In this document: one piece after another, positions 30,142-38,373 of the stretch | How the letters are laid out: every line of letters begins with the position of its first letter | How positions within the stretch are numbered: position 1 is the first letter of the stretch | Assembly: GCA_027459625.1 (NCBI GenBank) | Contig: DAIDHP010000009.1 | Location: forward strand, 14,510-78,509 | Source: Chthonomonadales bacterium | GTDB taxonomy: Bacteria; Armatimonadota; Chthonomonadetes; Chthonomonadales; CAJBBX01 | Direction of reading: 5' to 3' | Length of the DNA: 64,000 nt | The notes under the pieces: model-generated | What the model was told of the DNA's origin: nothing | Databases searched by the model: none | Seen by the model: only the letters and a program-made list of their open reading frames with translations | Made by a program: the position numbers and the translations under genes

Positions 30142-30598
30142 GGGTATTCTCCATACTCTCCCATTCCTCATAGGTTTTACGTTCGTTGAGCGCATAGGTC
30201 TTCATTAATATCAAGGAGATTTTCGCAGGAGCCGTTCTCGATATCCTGTCAATGGGACATGGCATCCATTCCACATGCCCCATGATACGACACACCAAAG
30301 GTCTTACGGGATAGACGGCGCATTTATGAGTTTTCATATCAAGAAACCGACAGAGTTGGTAATACACACCATCTCCCATATCCACTCGCTTATCCTCACA
30401 GACTATCTCACATATGTCATCGTGACACTCGCACTGTATATAAAAACGAATATTTAGAAACTCCTCCCGCGTCATCGGGATATCCCTGTCGCATCTCAAA
30501 TAGCATGAATCACATCCGTCACAAGGTTTGAGATCAATCTCCTTCAGGAACTCCGTTTTAACCGTTTCCCAATTGTAATCCGCCGTCTTACTGCACAT
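30131..30598 (-). CDS. YkgJ-family cysteine-cluster protein (putative Zn/Fe-binding, UPF0153-like)
   Basis: 155 aa. CDGCDSCYLRC cluster and C-terminal KCAVYPVRPLVCRIMG, typical of the CxxCxxCC family. Overlaps both neighbouring genes by 11 nt. Confidence 0.6.
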   Translation of the reverse strand: MCSKTADYNWETVKTEFLKEIDLKPCDGCDSCYLRCDRDIPMTREEFLNIRFYIQCECHDDICEIVCEDKRVDMGDGVYYQLCRFLDMKTHKCAVYPVRPLVCRIMGHVEWMPCPIDRISRTAPAKISLILMKTYALNERKTYEEWESMENTHDR

Positions 30599-31817
30599 TC
30601 AACGATGACGCTCCGCCGGAGGAGCCGTTATTGCTGTTAAAGGAGTAGAGCTGCAACACCTTTCCTTCAGCCTTGATCTTTGCGGCATTCACGATCGTCT
30701 GGTAGTCCTTCGGAACCGCCACGATGTTCGGGTCTCCGTCGCTCACGTATCGCATTTGCGGGTTTTGCTGGAAGAATTTCAGCCAGTACTCCAGGGTTCC
30801 GCATATGTTGGCCTGTTTTGGGTTTGGCAACACACGCTCCAAACGGTAAGGGTTGTAGGGAGCCATCCCGCCGTAGATTTCCTTGGAGTGAATTGTCTTG
30901 GTGATTGGTGACATGACCGGGCGCCAAGCCGCAAGCAGAACGGCGTGCATATGATAGGATGTTCCGTTGTTCTCGCCCGATATCAAAGCTTTTTGCGCCT
31001 CCGGGGAGGTGGGAATATTGCCATATGGAAGAGCAAGGCACTGCATATTGACATTGGGATTGATCGCCTTGAAATCACGGATGGATTGCGCTATCTGCCA
31101 CTCGATTTGCGCGGGAGTATAATCACGCATCGAGGGATGCGTGGAGGTGTGGTTGGCTATTTCATATCCGTGATTGAGAAGCGTCTCGATCTTATCGGCT
31201 ACATACTCTCTTTGGTAGAAAGTGGGCGGGAAAGGTCCCTCTTCGGGCAGACAGAAGAAGGTGCCCTTGGTCGGCCAATCGGGATGTTGTTGATGGAACG
31301 TCTCCATGATCCCGACCGCGCAATTGGGATCTATTTGCGGAGAGCCGTTCGCGCCGATTATCACGTTGAACTGAGACCTGCGCGAATCATCGAAGGTGAG
31401 GGCGATGGGGGTTTTGCCAGCGGGAACGTTCATGGTGTCGTCCACGATATCCGAAACGTTCACAGGATAGTAACCCTCCTTGTAAAAAGTGTTGAGATCC
31501 TTGCGGAATTGGTCGGGGGTGCGGTTCATAGGCCCGTTCGGCTTACTCGGGTTGAATTCATGATACATGACGATCATGATCGCACCAGCCTCGTTGGGCT
31601 TGTATAATTTTAAATCCACTTCGCTGAGCAATTTCGGCGGAGCAGGTGTTTGAGAGAGGATGGCATGGCTCTTTTTAGAGCCGCAACCGGATAAGCCAAA
31701 CAGAGTAATGAGGGAGACGAAAACAAGAAACAACGGAGCGATATTCCTGCGCACGGGATTTACCTCGGAAAAATGGATTCTTAATCGGATTATACTGCAA
31801 TGCCGGTATAGTGTCAA
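30588..31817 (-). CDS. Polysaccharide deacetylase (CE4/NodB-type) lipoprotein
   Basis: Lipobox LFGLSGCGS. NodB motif 1 ALTFDDS. Downstream His motifs (HTSTHPSM). The exact start is uncertain, because the N-terminal extension before the signal peptide may not be translated. Confidence 0.75.
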   Translation of the reverse strand: MTLYRHCSIIRLRIHFSEVNPVRRNIAPLFLVFVSLITLFGLSGCGSKKSHAILSQTPAPPKLLSEVDLKLYKPNEAGAIMIVMYHEFNPSKPNGPMNRTPDQFRKDLNTFYKEGYYPVNVSDIVDDTMNVPAGKTPIALTFDDSRRSQFNVIIGANGSPQIDPNCAVGIMETFHQQHPDWPTKGTFFCLPEEGPFPPTFYQREYVADKIETLLNHGYEIANHTSTHPSMRDYTPAQIEWQIAQSIRDFKAINPNVNMQCLALPYGNIPTSPEAQKALISGENNGTSYHMHAVLLAAWRPVMSPITKTIHSKEIYGGMAPYNPYRLERVLPNPKQANICGTLEYWLKFFQQNPQMRYVSDGDPNIVAVPKDYQTIVNAAKIKAEGKVLQLYSFNSNNGSSGGASSLNVQ

Positions 31818-32028
31818 TTACGTGATTCCGTTACTCACTCATTCCAAGGAGATTAATAAATAGATACGGATTAATGCCACCATGATGACTGATTGCAAGA
31901 GCGTCACGGCGGAGGGGAACGAATAATCCTCCCCATAAATAAGGAGGGAGATCTCATTGCCGAGAAAACCCTCCTTCTATCCGTCAAAAAAACAGTTTAC
32001 GGCATGCCTAAAGGCTATTTATTTAAGC

Positions 32029-32250
32029 CTAATGCTTTTGAGTTTGCGGGGCTCCACCGCCTATTGTTGGCGGTGTAATAGATATATGCTTATTGGTCAC
32101 AAACACCGGATGCGCTCCGGCGGATGGCGGCGCCACCTTAAACGCATCAGGAGGTGGAGCGGGCTTATGAACCATTGAGAATACGACCGATGCGATGGCG
32201 GCGATAATCACAACGACAAGCACAACGATTACTATCGATTGATTTTTCAT
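32029..32250 (-). CDS. Small single-pass membrane protein, Pro-rich tail
   Basis: 73 aa. TM segment [19 protein letters not shown]. 4-nt ATGA overlap with the upstream DUF1559 gene. No homology recognised. Confidence 0.4.
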   Translation of the reverse strand: MKNQSIVIVVLVVVIIAAIASVVFSMVHKPAPPPDAFKVAPPSAGAHPVFVTNKHISITPPTIGGGAPQTQKH

Positions 32251-33056
32251 TTATTCAGACTCCAGAGATATTGTGATTCGTCCGTGATTACAATGCTTCC
32301 TCCGCTAATACCGGGTTGCCAGTTTGTTCCCGCCGCGAGTTGCCCCGGCGTATACACTTTCGCATGACCGTCGCACATCAGCACGGTCCCCATCAAATTA
32401 TGGCGCGGCTTGAAGAAGCCCATTGTGGTTGTGCCGGAACCCGCAGGATACCAAAGCCCTCCATTCGTACCCCATGCTCCCCAACTGCAATCATCCGGAG
32501 CGGTGTCACTGGCGGGTGAATATGCGAGCGATGTGCCTATACTATCATTTGGAGCATCCTGTCCGTCCTCGGCAAGGCAAATGGTTCTTGCAGGCTCCTG
32601 TACCGCCGCCAGAGCCGTTGGCGGGCCAAACGCCTCTCCGTTTAAAGCAAAATTAGTACATTGCCCGTTTGCATTATTTAGATAATCGGCGTTGAATCCG
32701 TATTGCACAAACCATCTCCAGTTCGCCCACCATTCATATTGCGGTTGGCTCCAGGAGGCGATCATCCGAGGTCCGCCCGACGGGCAGTACATAATATCCC
32801 AGCTTTTCATGTAGGGCTGAATGGTATCCGACCAATCAGACCAAGGATTTCCCCATGTCACTGCCAGAGGATATAACTCATCAAAGTCCTGAGTGTACAT
32901 CATCATACTGGTGCCTAACTCCTTGGCGTTGGAGACACAGGTGATTTCCCTCGCTTTTTCGCGAGCTTGGGCGAAAACGGGGAAAAGAATCGCGGCAAGA
33001 ATTGCGATAATGGCGATAACAACGAGTAGTTCTATCAACGTAAATGCACGTTTCAT
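32247..33056 (-). CDS. Prepilin-type N-terminal cleavage/methylation domain protein, DUF1559 (H-X9-DG) family
   Basis: [37 protein letters not shown]-terminal [16 protein letters not shown] (H-X9-DG). Confidence 0.85.
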   Translation of the reverse strand: MKRAFTLIELLVVIAIIAILAAILFPVFAQAREKAREITCVSNAKELGTSMMMYTQDFDELYPLAVTWGNPWSDWSDTIQPYMKSWDIMYCPSGGPRMIASWSQPQYEWWANWRWFVQYGFNADYLNNANGQCTNFALNGEAFGPPTALAAVQEPARTICLAEDGQDAPNDSIGTSLAYSPASDTAPDDCSWGAWGTNGGLWYPAGSGTTTMGFFKPRHNLMGTVLMCDGHAKVYTPGQLAAGTNWQPGISGGSIVITDESQYLWSLNK

Positions 33057-33124
33057 CCGAATTCTCCTTTCACGGTTGGGGCATTTATTGATACAAAAAC
33101 GGATAATTGCAAATCCGATATTGC

Positions 33125-33153
33125 ATTTTATACCCTTTGACTCAATCTGTCAA
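33125..33153 (-). promoter_or_regulatory. Candidate sigma70-type promoter for the DUF1559 gene
   Basis: On the minus strand: TTGACA (33148-33153), 17-nt spacer, TAAAAT (33125-33130). It lies ~65 nt upstream of ATG 33056, which is preceded by AAAGGAGAA. Confidence 0.55.
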
Positions 33154-33652
33154 TACTTTTTTTAAAATATCAAAGAATTGACATTTCAGCTTAGGCATTT
33201 AAGAAAGGCGCGATATGGGTTGATGGGAGTGCGTTATAATCGTCTTAGTGAGAAATCATACCAGCCAAAATCGCATCGCACATGCGCGGTAACGTAGGCT
33301 CCCTGTCAACAGCCGAGGTATATGCAATAATTGTGAAAATGATGCTAATATCGCACATTTTCGCTTTGGGATATACCTAAACGCGACTTTCGCAAACACC
33401 CAAACCCAAACAAAAAAAGACGTGTCATATTTAACATTTATAAAATATAACTCGCCCTCACATCGGGATGATGAATTGTATGCAGAAAAATTGCCATGGT
33501 CACAATTGAAGGCAAACCAAGCGTGCTCCATCAATATCGAACGTCTCCGTTCGCAACACACGCGATAAGCCTTCATTGGACAATTTATTGTGTCACAGCA
33601 TGAATATTATGTCAATATCCCGAATTGCCTCAGGGAAAAATCCATAAGATGA

Positions 33653-34159
33653 TCACTTATTCAATCTCCTGACATCCGAATTATTCCGAGGTATCGGGTT
33701 TTCAACGCGAGGGGGCGCCGCCTTCAAGGGCTGTGCTCCGGGATTATAAGATAACTCATTCTTGCGCTCCTGAACGCTGCCTTGCATGGAACTAATCGCT
33801 CCGCTTAACCTCCCCTTGGTGTGGCACCACTGGCAGTATGCGTACTTATCCACGCCATCGTAACAGCAAATATTCCCGCAACCGCATTTGAAAAAGGAGC
33901 CATTGCGGCAATAGGGACATCCGGGATAATCGTTTCCGACCACGATAGTTCCGTGCATCTCTTTCGGCATCATTTGAGGCGGCGGATATGCGGACTGGAT
34001 GCGAGGAGCGGTCACCACCGGAGGCTTTTCCTTAATGACGAACGCGTTTGTCGCCTCCCATATTCCATTTTTGAATTCAAACTGCATTCCAAACAACCCT
34101 CCATTGCGGGAGCACCGAGCGTTCACGATTACTTTTTCGAACTCCGAAGCCTTGTTCAT
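33653..34159 (-). CDS. Orphan cysteine-rich protein with 8-Cys putative zinc module (TerY-C-like)
   Basis: Start moved to ATG 34159 (GAGGAG upstream), giving 168 aa. The N-terminal ~45 aa is a small globular segment, followed by a Pro-rich linker. Then CPYCRNGSFFKCGCGNICCYDGVDKYAYCQWCHTKG, and a disordered basic tail. Confidence 0.55.
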   Translation of the reverse strand: MNKASEFEKVIVNARCSRNGGLFGMQFEFKNGIWEATNAFVIKEKPPVVTAPRIQSAYPPPQMMPKEMHGTIVVGNDYPGCPYCRNGSFFKCGCGNICCYDGVDKYAYCQWCHTKGRLSGAISSMQGSVQERKNELSYNPGAQPLKAAPPRVENPIPRNNSDVRRLNK

Positions 34160-34287
34160 CTTATCTTCTCCTCTTGATATCAAACACTCTTGCATTTTGT
34201 AATATTCGAAGAGTCAACAAGTTAATCGCCTCAAAAGCGTAAATGCGGAAATGATACGAAGAAATATTCATAACCCCGTTTTATTCA

Positions 34288-35256
34288 TTAACCCAGCTTA
34301 AAAGCGATTACCACCTCTATCACCCACAGCAAAAGATTCACCTGCATGGGGCGATCCTCCAACAACACCATTTCGGGGCTTCCCCCTTTGTGCTGAATAT
34401 GAATAAGATAGAGGTATCGAAAAATGCCATACATCACATTCGGCAAGGTGATCACAAGGAGGTGGTGCATGGTGGCTGTGTCCGATACAATCGTATAGAG
34501 CGCGTAGGAGACGGTCAACCCTGCAAGAACTATCGCGTTAAGTTGATCAAGAAACGAGACGCTGTACTCCGAGAGGATCTGCCTATGGTTCGCGGCGTTT
34601 TCCGCAAGCGAAACCAATTCGTTGCGTCTTTTTCCGAATCCGAGAAAAAGAGCAAGCTGCATGGTGCAAACAAGAAGCCACACGGAGATGATGACATGAA
34701 TGGCGAGCGCACCTGCAGCCGCACGAATCACAAACCCCGCCGCTATGACGAAAACATCCAGCAAAACGACTCTCTTCAACCAATAGGTGTATGCGATCTG
34801 AAGGATGTAGTATCCAAGGATTAGCAACCCGAAAGGTGCGTTGATAAGAAAGGAAAGCGCAACCCCTCCCCATCCGAACACCACACTTAGAACAAGCGCC
34901 AGACGCCATGGCAGACGCCCGCTGGCGATGGGTCGCTTGCGCTTTTCAGGATGCAAGCGGTCTTGCTCCCGATCCGCCACGTCGTTCATTAAATAGATGC
35001 TTCCGGACACCAGGCAGTAAAGCGCGAACGCCATGATGGATAACCCCGTCATGCGCCATCTTAAGGTGTCCGAGAGGCTCAAAGGGATGTTATTCGTAAA
35101 AAGTAACGCGATGAAGACAAATAGGTTCTTGGTCCATTGCTTCGGGCGCATCGCCTCAATGACGGAGAACAACACACCAACCGTACCTGTCGGACGGTTG
35201 GAGGGGGAGCGTCGGGATTGAGGCTGCTCCTTACGAATGGCAACGGGATCATCCAT
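34288..35256 (-). CDS. UbiA-superfamily polyprenyl-phosphate phosphoribosyltransferase-like protein (Rv3806c/DPPR-synthase type)
   Basis: 322 aa and polytopic. N-terminal RPKQWTKNLFVFIALLF. Asp-rich motif NDVADREQDRLHPEKRKRPIASGRL. 8-nt overlap with the upstream kinase gene. Confidence 0.8.
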   Translation of the reverse strand: MDDPVAIRKEQPQSRRSPSNRPTGTVGVLFSVIEAMRPKQWTKNLFVFIALLFTNNIPLSLSDTLRWRMTGLSIMAFALYCLVSGSIYLMNDVADREQDRLHPEKRKRPIASGRLPWRLALVLSVVFGWGGVALSFLINAPFGLLILGYYILQIAYTYWLKRVVLLDVFVIAAGFVIRAAAGALAIHVIISVWLLVCTMQLALFLGFGKRRNELVSLAENAANHRQILSEYSVSFLDQLNAIVLAGLTVSYALYTIVSDTATMHHLLVITLPNVMYGIFRYLYLIHIQHKGGSPEMVLLEDRPMQVNLLLWVIEVVIAFKLG

Positions 35257-36253
35257 CTGCGTAAAGCTCCTCCGGGGTCACTGTCGCCACTCCCACCTTG
35301 CGTATCACGCAAGCCGCCGCATGATTTGCCAGGTGCAGAGCCTCCCTCATACCGGCTCCGCCGGTGAGAGCGAGAGTCAGCATGCTGATCACGGTATCGC
35401 CCGCGCCCGCCACATCGTAGACCTCAACCTCGTGTGCCGGCATGTGGGTAACGGTTCCCACCTCCGTCCACAGCGACAATCCCTTCCCCCCCCTTGTAAC
35501 AATGAGGTTCTCCACTCCCAATTCCTTCACGAGAATCCTTCCCGCCTCATCCAACCCTTCGCCTTCGAATATCAAGGGATTTTCCCGAATCCCGTTCAAT
35601 GCGGCGGTCATCTCCGCTTCGCTTTGATTCAGGGAGATCACGGTCATCCCATGCATGAAACGCGCCGATTGTGGTTTGGGATTGGCGGTGATAAGCAGGT
35701 TCAACTCCTTGGCTGTTTCGATGCAGGCGTAAATCACGGTGCGTGTTAGCACCCCCTTGGCGTAATCGGAGAGGATGACGGCGTCCGAATGATGAAGTAA
35801 CTGCCGCACGCGCCCGATGAGAATCTCCTCCATTTCAGGAGAGAGATAGGCTTTCTCCTCTCGATCCACTCGTAAAACCTGCTGATGATGCGCCAGGATA
35901 CGAGTCTTTCGCGTGGTCGGACGCGAGCCATCCCTCAACACACCGTGTATATCGGCTTTGTGGCTGGACAGGGAGCTTATCAACTGTTCCCCCGCTGTGT
36001 CCTCCCCGACCACGCCGATGACGGATACGCGCCCGCCCAAAGCGAGGATGTTGTTGACCACATTCGCCGCGCCTCCCGGCACCTGGCTTTCGCTCTTTAC
36101 TTCCACGACCATAACCGGGGATTCAGGAGAGATACGAGTGGCTTGCCCCCACAAATATTCGTCCATCATCAAGTCCCCGATGACTGTGACCCTTTTTCCG
36201 TTGAATGCTTCGCATATTTCACGATATCTTTTCTTATTCACTGTCCATTTCAC
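35249..36253 (-). CDS. PfkB-family sugar kinase, HldA / RfaE-domain-I-like (heptose-7-phosphate 1-kinase type), no adenylyltransferase domain
   Basis: 334 aa. VIGDLMMDEYLWGQATRISPESPVMVV signature. C-terminal DVAGAGDT and anion-hole motifs of ribokinase-like kinases. Confidence 0.8.
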   Translation of the reverse strand: MKWTVNKKRYREICEAFNGKRVTVIGDLMMDEYLWGQATRISPESPVMVVEVKSESQVPGGAANVVNNILALGGRVSVIGVVGEDTAGEQLISSLSSHKADIHGVLRDGSRPTTRKTRILAHHQQVLRVDREEKAYLSPEMEEILIGRVRQLLHHSDAVILSDYAKGVLTRTVIYACIETAKELNLLITANPKPQSARFMHGMTVISLNQSEAEMTAALNGIRENPLIFEGEGLDEAGRILVKELGVENLIVTRGGKGLSLWTEVGTVTHMPAHEVEVYDVAGAGDTVISMLTLALTGGAGMREALHLANHAAACVIRKVGVATVTPEELYADG

Positions 36254-37211
36254 CGCCGTTCTTTTTCATGATATCCATAATCGCCTGCCCCAGAAGGGGG
36301 ATTAAAATCTCGTGATGCCCGGTAAGCGCGACCCCGTCCCCTCCGATGCTTTTCACTCTGCTAACCACCTGCTGGTTAGAGCGATAGTGCTGTATGAAAT
36401 CGAAGTTCACCCCAAGGAAGTCCGAGAACCCATCGCCTAACTGATTGCGAAGAATAGCCACAGCTTTAAGCAAAACCTCAGGCAAAACCACCGCGGAACC
36501 AAGGTTGAGCAGAACACCGCCGTGCGCAAGGTTTGCCATGTGCGCCGCCAGGATGCGAAAATCCCTCAGGCTCCCCTCCCCCAGCGCAGCGCCGTCGGCA
36601 TTGGGATGAAAATGCATGATATCCGACCCAATGGATATGTGAAGGGTGAAAGGCACCCCGTAACGCCATGCGGAAGCCAAGAGGCTTTTATCGCGATGAG
36701 GCGCGAGGCTCTCCTCCAAACGCCTGCCGAGAGCCTCGCCGATTCCCATTCCCTGCGACACACCTTCCTGGATGGTTGAGTTGTAAAACTCCGCCGTTTC
36801 CCGCGCCATCCCGAACTCGCCAGTTCGCAACCCCGCGACCACATCCTCGCTTGTGGTTCCGAAGAGGGCTATCTCGGAGTCGTGTATGCCCACCGCTCCG
36901 TTGCCAGCCATCGCAGTAACGCACCCTGTGCGCATCAGTTCGATCAAGACGGGGGCGCAACCGGTCTTCACCACGTGCCCGCCAATCGCCACCACGACCG
37001 CTTTTTCTTTTTTCCGCGCATTGACGACGGATTCCGCAATCCTGGCGATGTCCGGTCCGGAGAGTATGTTCGGAAGCGCCGAGAGAAATTCCGCGAAGGA
37101 GCGTCCGGCAAGGGGCGGTTTGGCGAAGTCCTCCACTTTCACCTTGCTGTAACGCTCCGCGATGGGTTGTGTCTTTAATCTGGAAAGGTCAAACTCAGGG
37201 TATTTTGACAT
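36234..37211 (-). CDS. Deoxyhypusine-synthase-like (DHS-fold) protein
   Basis: 325 aa. By-eye pattern match to archaeal DHS: AVVVAIGGHVVKTGCAPVLIELMRTGCVTAMAGNGAVGIHDSE (compare vfLgytSnivsSGlReii..lv....VDvivtTaGgveeD) and SLLASAWRYGVPFTLHISIGSD (compare SiiywAyrnnvPiFcPaitDGS). Needs HMM confirmation. Confidence 0.5.
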   Translation of the reverse strand: MSKYPEFDLSRLKTQPIAERYSKVKVEDFAKPPLAGRSFAEFLSALPNILSGPDIARIAESVVNARKKEKAVVVAIGGHVVKTGCAPVLIELMRTGCVTAMAGNGAVGIHDSEIALFGTTSEDVVAGLRTGEFGMARETAEFYNSTIQEGVSQGMGIGEALGRRLEESLAPHRDKSLLASAWRYGVPFTLHISIGSDIMHFHPNADGAALGEGSLRDFRILAAHMANLAHGGVLLNLGSAVVLPEVLLKAVAILRNQLGDGFSDFLGVNFDFIQHYRSNQQVVSRVKSIGGDGVALTGHHEILIPLLGQAIMDIMKKNGGEMDSE

Positions 37212-37318
37212 TCTGCTTCCTTTTTAACTGCGGATAGAAACCAAACTCACGCTCGCATCCCTCCATGGAATGTTCAATGCTCGCGAATGGAATTGGGGAT
37301 CGCTTCGAGCCTTACGAA

Positions 37319-37966
37319 TTAACGCGCCTCATTCGAATTCCATTTCGCCAAGACTCGCTGCAAAGTCTCCTCAAGGCCGTGTTGGCGCATGGTGAGAGTC
37401 AAATCCCCTCGGGTGCGCTCCAACACCGCGCGAAACGCATCGGTGGTGCGACGCAATCCTCCCGTTATGGCGTCGGGATAATCAAAAGTGATCATCTCGA
37501 AATAGATATCGTCCATAACCTGTAAAACCCGGTCGGCGATATCGAACTCACCCGTCCGTAATCGATCCAGCACATATCGGCGGCACTCACTCCCCGCCTC
37601 CGCAAGACCGTTGAGAAACGCAGCAGGCTCCACCCCCAATTCGGCGGGAGCGGGTAAATCCAGGTTTTGAATGATGGCGAACATCACTTCCGCCTCCACG
37701 TATTCCTTTTGAGAATCGTGAACGTACCCGGCATAGTAGAGTTCAGGATGTTTCTGCGTGCCGTGCTTGACGCTTTCGGTGTATCGTCTGGCTTCGTCGA
37801 TGAGTTTCCTGGCTTGCTCGAACTCCAGACGATGGATGGCGCGTATGCCTCTGGACGAATAGCGAATCACCTCTCGGCATTCTCTCAAAGCGATCTCGCG
37901 CGCGGTGTTAGTCGCTTCCATCTCAGCCCTTAAATGCTGTGCGAAGGATTCAAATCGATCCATCAT
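37319..37966 (-). CDS. Translin-family protein (COG2178-like)
   Basis: 215 aa and all-helical. LNGLAEAGSECRRYVLDRLRTGEFDIADRVLQVMDDIYFEMITFDYPDAITGGLRRTTDAFRAVLERTRGDL matches the archaeal translin-like pattern. Confidence 0.6.
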   Translation of the reverse strand: MMDRFESFAQHLRAEMEATNTAREIALRECREVIRYSSRGIRAIHRLEFEQARKLIDEARRYTESVKHGTQKHPELYYAGYVHDSQKEYVEAEVMFAIIQNLDLPAPAELGVEPAAFLNGLAEAGSECRRYVLDRLRTGEFDIADRVLQVMDDIYFEMITFDYPDAITGGLRRTTDAFRAVLERTRGDLTLTMRQHGLEETLQRVLAKWNSNEAR

Positions 37967-38170
37967 CCCTCCATATCCGCATAATCATTATGCAGTCAAG
38001 CGAGGATATTGCATGTGTAGTGCCTGTAATTTTCTCATGAACCATGACCTGCATTCAGAAGATGCGCTTCATCAGAGTCGTAATGATCTCGCAATTCCTC
38101 TCATTGATTATATCCAATCCGCCGCGGAAAATCTTAATCCCCCTCCAACCACTCCCTTCCACACGTTTAC

Positions 38171-38200
38171 TTGACCCTGCGAGAGGGCTCATGTTATACT
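38171..38200 (+). promoter_or_regulatory. Candidate sigma70-type promoter for the PMM/PGM gene
   Basis: TTGACC (38171-38176), 18-nt spacer, TATACT (38195-38200). This implies a ~170-nt 5-prime UTR. Confidence 0.45.
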
Positions 38201-38373
38201 CACAAGCGATAATATTGATGCTACTAACTCCAATCCTTGCTTCACGGGCGAGTGACAACGCGGTTTAAGCTCCGGCAGTATAACAAGGAATCGCGATTTA
38301 GCCATGTCACCACACAAAGGAGTTTTAAGGGCGCCTCTGTTTCATCTACCATCACCTGGGGGATTTTAAGCAT

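Noticed and set aside
31900-31965. Three G/C-rich segments (GGAGGGGA / TCCTCCCC / GGAGGGAG) that could form alternative hairpins between the small membrane protein gene and the deacetylase gene.
   Set aside because: Every pairing has mismatches or G-U pairs. There is no adjacent T-run and no leader peptide, so this is not convincing as an attenuator.
33256-33576. 106-aa minus-strand ORF in the AT-rich gap.
   Set aside because: It has a C/R/F/W-rich non-protein-like composition, no RBS and no recognisable homology. I treat the region as non-coding (see the finding on the gap).
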